Positions 15,188 to 20,000 of a stretch of DNA of 20,000 nucleotides are shown here, one piece after another; positions within the stretch are counted from its first letter, which is position 1, and every line of letters starts with the position of its first letter. Below the pieces are notes generated by a model that saw nothing but the letters and a program-made list of their open reading frames with translations, searched no databases and was not told the DNA's origin. Origin of the DNA: an uncultured virus (IMG/VR IMGVR_UViG_3300048581_000026) (Duplodnaviria > Heunggongvirae > Uroviricota > Caudoviricetes). The translations under genes were made by a program, and so were the position numbers. The stretch lies in the IMG/VR virus record IMGVR_UViG_3300048581_000026; one strand, 5' to 3'.

Positions 15188-15444
15188 TGAATGGTCCTGG
15201 TTCTATCTTCATGCAGCTCATAGATGGTGTCACTGATTTTCCACATGACAAGTCCTAGTTTCTTGCCAGATTCTTCTGCAGCTTCCACCTGATATTCCTG
15301 CCACAGTTTTAGCGACTCTGGTGTGTGTCTTGGCACAAACTCAGGCTCTGGGTCAAGATCAAAGAATGCCTGGAATAGCTCCGCATTGGGTGCGAGAGGA
15401 TCCTGTCCTGGCTTGTGAAAAATCATTTTCTGCTGTCTGATCAT
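15184..15444 (-). CDS. Hypothetical protein (86 aa)
   Basis: GAGGAGG SD, and an ATGA overlap with the downstream gene. Confidence 0.75.
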   Translation of the reverse strand: MIRQQKMIFHKPGQDPLAPNAELFQAFFDLDPEPEFVPRHTPESLKLWQEYQVEAAEESGKKLGLVMWKISDTIYELHEDRTRTIQ

Positions 15445-15564
15445 CTATTCCTCCTCATTCTCTGCGAATGGATTATCTGCTCCTGTTATGAAGCAGATGC
15501 CATACATCACGAAGATGATGGCGATGAATTGGGTCATAAGCCACAGATTCTTGACAACACTCAT
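15445..15564 (-). CDS. Small single-TM protein (39 aa, MSVVKNLWLMTQFIAIIFVMYGICFITGADNPFAENEEE)
   Basis: Not in the ORF track. AGGAGGG SD, ATGA overlap with the SLT stop, and its stop abuts the next ATG. Confidence 0.7.
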   Translation of the reverse strand: MSVVKNLWLMTQFIAIIFVMYGICFITGADNPFAENEEE

Positions 15565-16115
15565 TGCTCCCTCCTGTTTATAGCTGCTCTGTTGGCATCA
15601 TTGTGAATAATGTATTCTGCTGTCTGCTTTGCATTTGCTTGGCCAGATACCTTTGGGAGCACAGTCAGCCATGCATCTACTCCAGGGACACCCATTGTGG
15701 ATGCAATCATGGAGGCTCTGTCTATCGTCCCTTGCCCAGCATTATAGCCACCAAGTGATTTGTGCCAGTTGCCAGAATAACGTGCTTCTAGCCACAGCAT
15801 GTGGTGGCAGCCACCTTGAATTGCGCTCTGTGGATCAAATGGTGACGCAGCTTTTGGAAGCCAACCAATTTTCTGATACCAGAGCCATGTCTGATCCATT
15901 GCTTGCATCAGGCCTTTCGCTCCAGCAGAGCTCTGTGCTTTTGGATTGAATCCACTTTCTGCTTGAGCCTGAGCTGCACGATCAACCCAGCGTGTGCCAG
16001 CAATCTGCTGGAAGATGTCTTGATAAGGCACACTTTTACCAACAGCCTGTGGTGCAGGAACTGTGGAAAGCAAAACGGCCACTACAAGGGCCCACCACAC
16101 CACAACAAGTGCCAT
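15561..16115 (-). CDS. SLT-family lytic transglycosylase with N-terminal hydrophobic signal (endolysin candidate)
   Basis: 'AESGFNPKAQSSAGAKGLMQ' (catalytic Glu and GLMQ) and 'YNAG' motifs. N-terminal 'LVVVWWALVVAVLL'. AAGGAG SD. Confidence 0.92.
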   Translation of the reverse strand: MALVVVWWALVVAVLLSTVPAPQAVGKSVPYQDIFQQIAGTRWVDRAAQAQAESGFNPKAQSSAGAKGLMQAMDQTWLWYQKIGWLPKAASPFDPQSAIQGGCHHMLWLEARYSGNWHKSLGGYNAGQGTIDRASMIASTMGVPGVDAWLTVLPKVSGQANAKQTAEYIIHNDANRAAINRREQ

Positions 16116-16116
16116 T

Positions 16117-16509
16117 TCAGCTCCTTCCCATCACACCAAGAACAATGCAAAGTGGAACTGAAATGAGCAGAGTTGACAGAATGATGCTCTTGGCAAGGTA
16201 ATTGGTCTCGTGTCCAACAACTCTATCAGACAGGAGTGAGTTCTCAAATGCCTGATAGATAAGGAATGCAAAATACACTGAAAATGCAACAAGAGGCACT
16301 GCAGCAGCCAGCCTTGGCAGCATGATCTGGGCCTGCGTCACAGCATAATACAGTGGGCTGGAAGCTCCTGCACCAAGCACTGCGAACACAATACTCAGCA
16401 CAGTGGCCACAGAAGCAATGATTGCAGAAAGCAGACGCAAAGATGCCAGGCTTCCCTCCTTCTCTTCTGGGGTAAGGTTCTTGGGATTTTTCAGCAGGTG
16501 TTTCAACAT
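16117..16509 (-). CDS. Three-TM membrane protein (class I holin-like, 130 aa)
   Basis: GGAGG SD and TAATG overlap. Three hydrophobic helices, directly upstream of the SLT gene. Confidence 0.7.
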   Translation of the reverse strand: MLKHLLKNPKNLTPEEKEGSLASLRLLSAIIASVATVLSIVFAVLGAGASSPLYYAVTQAQIMLPRLAAAVPLVAFSVYFAFLIYQAFENSLLSDRVVGHETNYLAKSIILSTLLISVPLCIVLGVMGRS

Positions 16510-16760
16510 TACAACCTCCATCCGACAAGACGCTTATGGGCATACAGCATACCAACAGTGTCATGCTCTGCAGTCATATCCTCCGCATATTTCAGATCAT
16601 TCTTGATCAACAGCACTCCAACTGCCCTGCTTTCTGGTGGCAGTTCTTCCCACACAGGAAGAATTTCATTCCTGACTCTTTCAATCTCTTTTGGCAGTGC
16701 TTCAGCCAAGAACAATAATCGCAGTGCTTCTGCCAATGAAGATCTGGTTGCATCTTTCAT
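16509..16760 (-). CDS. Hypothetical protein (83 aa)
   Basis: GAGGAGGAAG SD and ATGA overlap. Confidence 0.75.
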   Translation of the reverse strand: MKDATRSSLAEALRLLFLAEALPKEIERVRNEILPVWEELPPESRAVGVLLIKNDLKYAEDMTAEHDTVGMLYAHKRLVGWRL

Positions 16761-17095
16761 GACTTCCTCCTCTTTGCAAGAATAGTCCCAGGTCTGTGGC
16801 CACAATCAGACTCCAGCTTAGGTGGTGGTAGTTTTATTTCTCGTTTCCGAACAACCTCTGTCGCAAGCCGGAGTAGATCCAGGTCTAGTTTTGATGCAAT
16901 TTCCATCAGAACCAGAAGTGCTTGGGCTGCTGCAACTTTTATTTCAACAGCATCTGGTTGTGCTCTGTTGCATTCTCCAGCAACAATAGAAGTCCAGTGT
17001 GCGGCAAGAGCACCAAGACCTGGAAGGCACCCTTCACTTCCTGTTGATCTGATCCTCGCCAGGACCACCCTGGTCTGGAGTGGTAGCTCTACCAT
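16757..17095 (-). CDS. Helical protein, possibly a degenerate MazG-like fold (112 aa)
   Basis: AAGGAG SD. 'VAGECN...AQALLVLMEIASKLDLDLLRLATEVVRK' follows the MazG hydrophobic pattern. Confidence 0.55.
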   Translation of the reverse strand: MVELPLQTRVVLARIRSTGSEGCLPGLGALAAHWTSIVAGECNRAQPDAVEIKVAAAQALLVLMEIASKLDLDLLRLATEVVRKREIKLPPPKLESDCGHRPGTILAKRRKS

Positions 17096-17375
17096 CTCTT
17101 TCTCCTTCAAGCTGTGCTATCCTAGCCCTTGCCTCTACGAGTTCAGCAAATGTTTTGCGCACTTGCGAAGAAGAAACAGACGTCCTGCGTTCACGATTGC
17201 GCTCTTGTGCTCTTTCCGCAACAGCAGGTTGCACTCCGCTGTGCATTGCCATTGAAAATAGTTCTGCAACCGCGATTATTGTTCTTGGCTGAACATACCA
17301 GTTGTCACCAAATTGTATGACCAATGGCCGTTCTTCAATTTCCTTGAATAAGAAGTCTTTTCGCTCTTGATCCAT
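17034..17375 (-). CDS. Hypothetical protein with coiled-coil C-terminus (113 aa)
   Basis: GGAGAG SD, ATG 2 nt after the upstream stop, 'LVEARARIAQLEG'. Overlaps the next gene by 62 nt. Confidence 0.7.
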   Translation of the reverse strand: MDQERKDFLFKEIEERPLVIQFGDNWYVQPRTIIAVAELFSMAMHSGVQPAVAERAQERNRERRTSVSSSQVRKTFAELVEARARIAQLEGERDGRATTPDQGGPGEDQINRK

Positions 17376-17377
17376 GT

Positions 17378-18412
17378 TCACTCTCCACACAGGAGTTTGT
17401 GAATTGCATTGATTGTATCTGTCAGAAAGTCAAGTCTTTTCTGCACGGAGTCAACTGTCTCTTTCATTCTTGATTTGTCAGCAGTCAGCCTCGTTATGGC
17501 GTCTGCCCTTTGATCTGCAACTGTGGTTGAACTTTCTTTGGCATTACCAAGTTTTCTTATGCGCAATGGAATTTTTGTTTCGAGGTCATCTGTCAGATCA
17601 AGACGAAAATCAGGAGGTAGCTCATTATTCATTTTTACCAGAAATTCATATTTGCTAAATTTATTTTTCACTGGCTCTGATTTCTGGTAGTCAAACATTT
17701 CACATGGAGATATTACCCATGGTTTATCCGCACAGGTTGGCTTGAGTTTCAAGTGATTTTCTGGAATAAGCTTGAGTTTCTTTTCTGACTCCTCTTTATA
17801 ATAGTTAAATGGACCGTATGCTCCAATAACTTTATAAGACCAAGAACCATCTTTGTTGTGCTGAATCTCTTTTATTTCCACCCAGCGTTCCATCTCGCCA
17901 GGCTCACACAGAACAACAAGGTGATTTTTGCTGAATTTTGGTCCTGGAAGTTTCCTGAGGTAAGGTTCTTTTATCTTGTTATTTAATCTGTCGAGATAAA
18001 AGATACAATCAGAATATTCATCGTAGCCAATTCTGTCAATTTCAAATGGTGCTGAAGAATGTTTCAGGCCAGCAATTTCCCCCTTTTTGAAAGCTGGTTC
18101 CACAGGCAAAGGTCTCAGATCAAAATCCGCTATGTAATAAGGTTTATCAAAGAGATCAAACTTCACATATTTCATGTTCATACCACCAGAGATCACAGTT
18201 GCACCAAATATTCCACTTATGAGTGTTCCGATGTCACCTTTATGTATGCTGCCATAGCCATGACCACACAGAAACACCCTTGTTCCACCAGACACTTTAG
18301 CCATTTCTTTCCTCCGATGAATTAAATGTTTGATTACACCAACCAGCACCCATACTGCTAGCCAGAAAACAACAGCACCAGAAGCTTCTTCCAGAATTAT
18401 AACACCAGTCAT
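17378..18412 (-). CDS. Protein with N-terminal TM, tandem SH3/KOW-like modules and C-terminal coiled coil (344 aa, possible second start at 18304)
   Basis: AAGGAGG SD. Repeated 'AFKKGEIA', 'PKFSKNHLV' and 'NKFSKYEF' module starts. Confidence 0.75.
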   Translation of the reverse strand: MTGVIILEEASGAVVFWLAVWVLVGVIKHLIHRRKEMAKVSGGTRVFLCGHGYGSIHKGDIGTLISGIFGATVISGGMNMKYVKFDLFDKPYYIADFDLRPLPVEPAFKKGEIAGLKHSSAPFEIDRIGYDEYSDCIFYLDRLNNKIKEPYLRKLPGPKFSKNHLVVLCEPGEMERWVEIKEIQHNKDGSWSYKVIGAYGPFNYYKEESEKKLKLIPENHLKLKPTCADKPWVISPCEMFDYQKSEPVKNKFSKYEFLVKMNNELPPDFRLDLTDDLETKIPLRIRKLGNAKESSTTVADQRADAITRLTADKSRMKETVDSVQKRLDFLTDTINAIHKLLCGE

Positions 18413-18441
18413 TTATCCTCCTTGTCTTGCCTGCTACACAT

Positions 18442-18906
18442 TTACTGAGATCTCCTATGTGCAATAAATCGGATGTCCTGATCGCCAGCACAGAATGTAT
18501 CACTTCTCCAAGGTGCTGGAAGTATCCATCTGACAGAAAATGTTGCTACTTTTATTGAATCTTCGCTTATTATTTTCTGAACATCTGTTATTATTCCTTT
18601 TGGATAGGGCATGCAACCAGCACGCGGGTGTCCTTCTTCTGCTGCGATGAATTCAACGAAGTCCCCCTCCTCTGGAACCCATGCTCCTGCTGTGCTGTCT
18701 GGATTGTCGTGCTCTCTCTGACTGGCCAGCAAGATATCTAGTTTGCTAGGAACCCAGTCAAGCAGGGACAGCTCTTTCCCTTTCAGAACATAGGTAGGCC
18801 CACAGTCCAATGCAATGAATGCCATGCCTTCCAATGCCATCAGGACTGTTCCTAGCCTTCCACCAAAACGCACCCTGTCTAGATCTGTGAATCTGTGATT
18901 GTTCAT
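18442..18906 (-). CDS. Hypothetical protein with two SH3-like modules (154 aa)
   Basis: AAAGGA SD and ATGA overlap. 'FTDLDRVRF..RLGTV' and 'EGDFVEF...KGIITDV'. Confidence 0.7.
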   Translation of the reverse strand: MNNHRFTDLDRVRFGGRLGTVLMALEGMAFIALDCGPTYVLKGKELSLLDWVPSKLDILLASQREHDNPDSTAGAWVPEEGDFVEFIAAEEGHPRAGCMPYPKGIITDVQKIISEDSIKVATFSVRWILPAPWRSDTFCAGDQDIRFIAHRRSQ

Positions 18907-19133
18907 GGTTCTATTCCTTTCAGCCAGCACACACATTCATGAAGCCGGACTTGCATGTTGAACCACTTCATATAAAGCCATACCTGGAGCCAATTCCATT
19001 TCTTAAGATCACAGCTGCCATCGGAACTCACCTTGGTGACTGTCCAACATTCATCACCATTTAAGTATACCTTCATCCCAACATCCATAGATCTTACGTG
19101 TGCTGATTTTAAGGTAATCTGTTTATCCTTCAT
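18903..19133 (-). CDS. Hypothetical protein (76 aa)
   Basis: AAGGAG SD and coupling to the downstream gene. Confidence 0.7.
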   Translation of the reverse strand: MKDKQITLKSAHVRSMDVGMKVYLNGDECWTVTKVSSDGSCDLKKWNWLQVWLYMKWFNMQVRLHECVCWLKGIEP

Positions 19134-19176
19134 CTGCTCTCCTTGGTGACGTAGAACTGCGCACGAATTTATCTGT

Positions 19177-19578
19177 TCAAGCAGCAGTGATCTCAGCTGC
19201 CAGTCTGTGGCTTAGAGCTCGTTTGCGTGGATTGCCTCGTGTGGTCAGACCAAGGGCGATGTTCTTTCTTCTGCTAGCAAATTTCTGTTCTGTCTGGTGC
19301 TCTGCGCAGAAGGTACAATAAGTGGTATTTGGAATAGCCACCCGATCACAGCACTGAGTGCAGATCCCAAGCGCGGTCAATGCTGCACGATGCCTGGTGG
19401 AATATTTTTGCTGAGCCAGGCGCTTTGCCTGTCTGCAAATTAAGCACATCACATCACCATCTTCTGGTGGCCTTTTACCACAGCGTGTGCATTCTCCTCT
19501 CGACATGTGTTCGGCCGCAAGTGCCCTGGCTACTGTTCTACGATGGCAGTTTGTTGAGGATGGATCTGTCTGATTCAT
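19177..19578 (-). CDS. Tandem C4 zinc-finger basic protein (133 aa)
   Basis: Two G-x-CxxC-x11-CxxC units joined by a basic helix. GAGGGAG SD and ATGA overlap. Confidence 0.8.
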   Translation of the reverse strand: MNQTDPSSTNCHRRTVARALAAEHMSRGECTRCGKRPPEDGDVMCLICRQAKRLAQQKYSTRHRAALTALGICTQCCDRVAIPNTTYCTFCAEHQTEQKFASRRKNIALGLTTRGNPRKRALSHRLAAEITAA

Positions 19579-20000
19579 GGCTCCCTCAGAGAAAGTATTG
19601 CCATTTTCAGCATCATCCATATATTTTTATTGTCTGTGTAAATCATTTCCCAATAATCATCAATGAAGTGACGCTCTGCTTGAACTGATTCATTGCCAGG
19701 AACAAGTATCACAGCCTGCTCTTTTTTAAGGTGCAAAAGAGTGCAGCAGTTTCCGCCATTCCTCCAGTGTTCATCAAGCCACAGAGCCTGCCCAGGCCTA
19801 TATGGCATCTTGCTTGGAAATGATTCGCACTCCTTGATCTCGATCCAGCCAGACTTACCACTGCTGTGGACCCAAGCATCATCAGGGATACTTGGTGCTG
19901 TCCCATGACTTTCAACCCGGTCAAACTTGAAACCAAGTGCCTCCATCTCCTTGCGAAATTTCCTATTGAAGTTTGAGTACTCTGCGTTGATACCACTGCT
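19575..20000 (-). CDS. VRR-NUC-like PD-(D/E)xK nuclease / resolvase (5' end outside the window)
   Basis: 'RVES...SIPD...GWIEIK...YRPGQALWL...GG'. The frame stays open to base 20000. Confidence 0.85.
   Translation of the reverse strand, partial: SSGINAEYSNFNRKFRKEMEALGFKFDRVESHGTAPSIPDDAWVHSSGKSGWIEIKECESFPSKMPYRPGQALWLDEHWRNGGNCCTLLHLKKEQAVILVPGNESVQAERHFIDDYWEMIYTDNKNIWMMLKMAILSLREP

Larger units (their letters stand above)
1..20000. mobile_element. Tailed phage (contractile-tail) genome segment: late tail/baseplate/appendage genes on +, converging small genes on -
   Basis: Canonical baseplate gene order, tightly coupled ATGA/TGATG/TAATG overlaps, no bacterial housekeeping genes. No integrase or att site is visible, so free phage versus prophage cannot be decided. 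Confidence 0.95.

Noticed and set aside
1..20000. CRISPR array, DGR template/variable repeats, invertible fibre cassette, rRNA
   Set aside because: I saw no regularly spaced or long near-identical nucleotide repeats, reverse transcriptase or recombinase by eye. A self dot-plot would be needed to exclude them fully.

Overview
The window is a segment of a tailed dsDNA phage (myovirus-type) genome or prophage, with two convergent gene blocks. The + strand (1-13809) carries a Bcep781/AP22-style tail and baseplate operon: tape-measure C-terminus, Dit-like protein, plug, hub, spike, wedge, baseplate J, DUF2612-like protein and a short tail fibre. It continues with a second appendage module (small beta protein, 885-aa beta-helix tailspike, Ser/Gly/Ala repeat fibre, adaptor), small membrane/holin-like genes and a permuted NlpC/P60 enzyme split by a frameshift. 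An 18-bp perfect inverted repeat (13821-13867) separates this from a - strand block of small genes: a VRR-NUC-like nuclease, a tandem Zn-finger protein, SH3-like repeat proteins, a MazG-like protein lacking catalytic acids, a 3-TM protein plus SLT transglycosylase, a stand-alone TSCPD-like domain and a DUF1003-like membrane protein. The most notable observations are (1) an apparently circularly permuted baseplate plug gene, (2) a frameshift at a (CA)3 tract that separates the catalytic His and Cys of the NlpC/P60 enzyme, (3) strong CpG depletion that relaxes in the tailspike, (4) the accessory appendage module, and (5) candidate lysis genes on both strands. All family assignments come from motif recognition by eye, not database searches.
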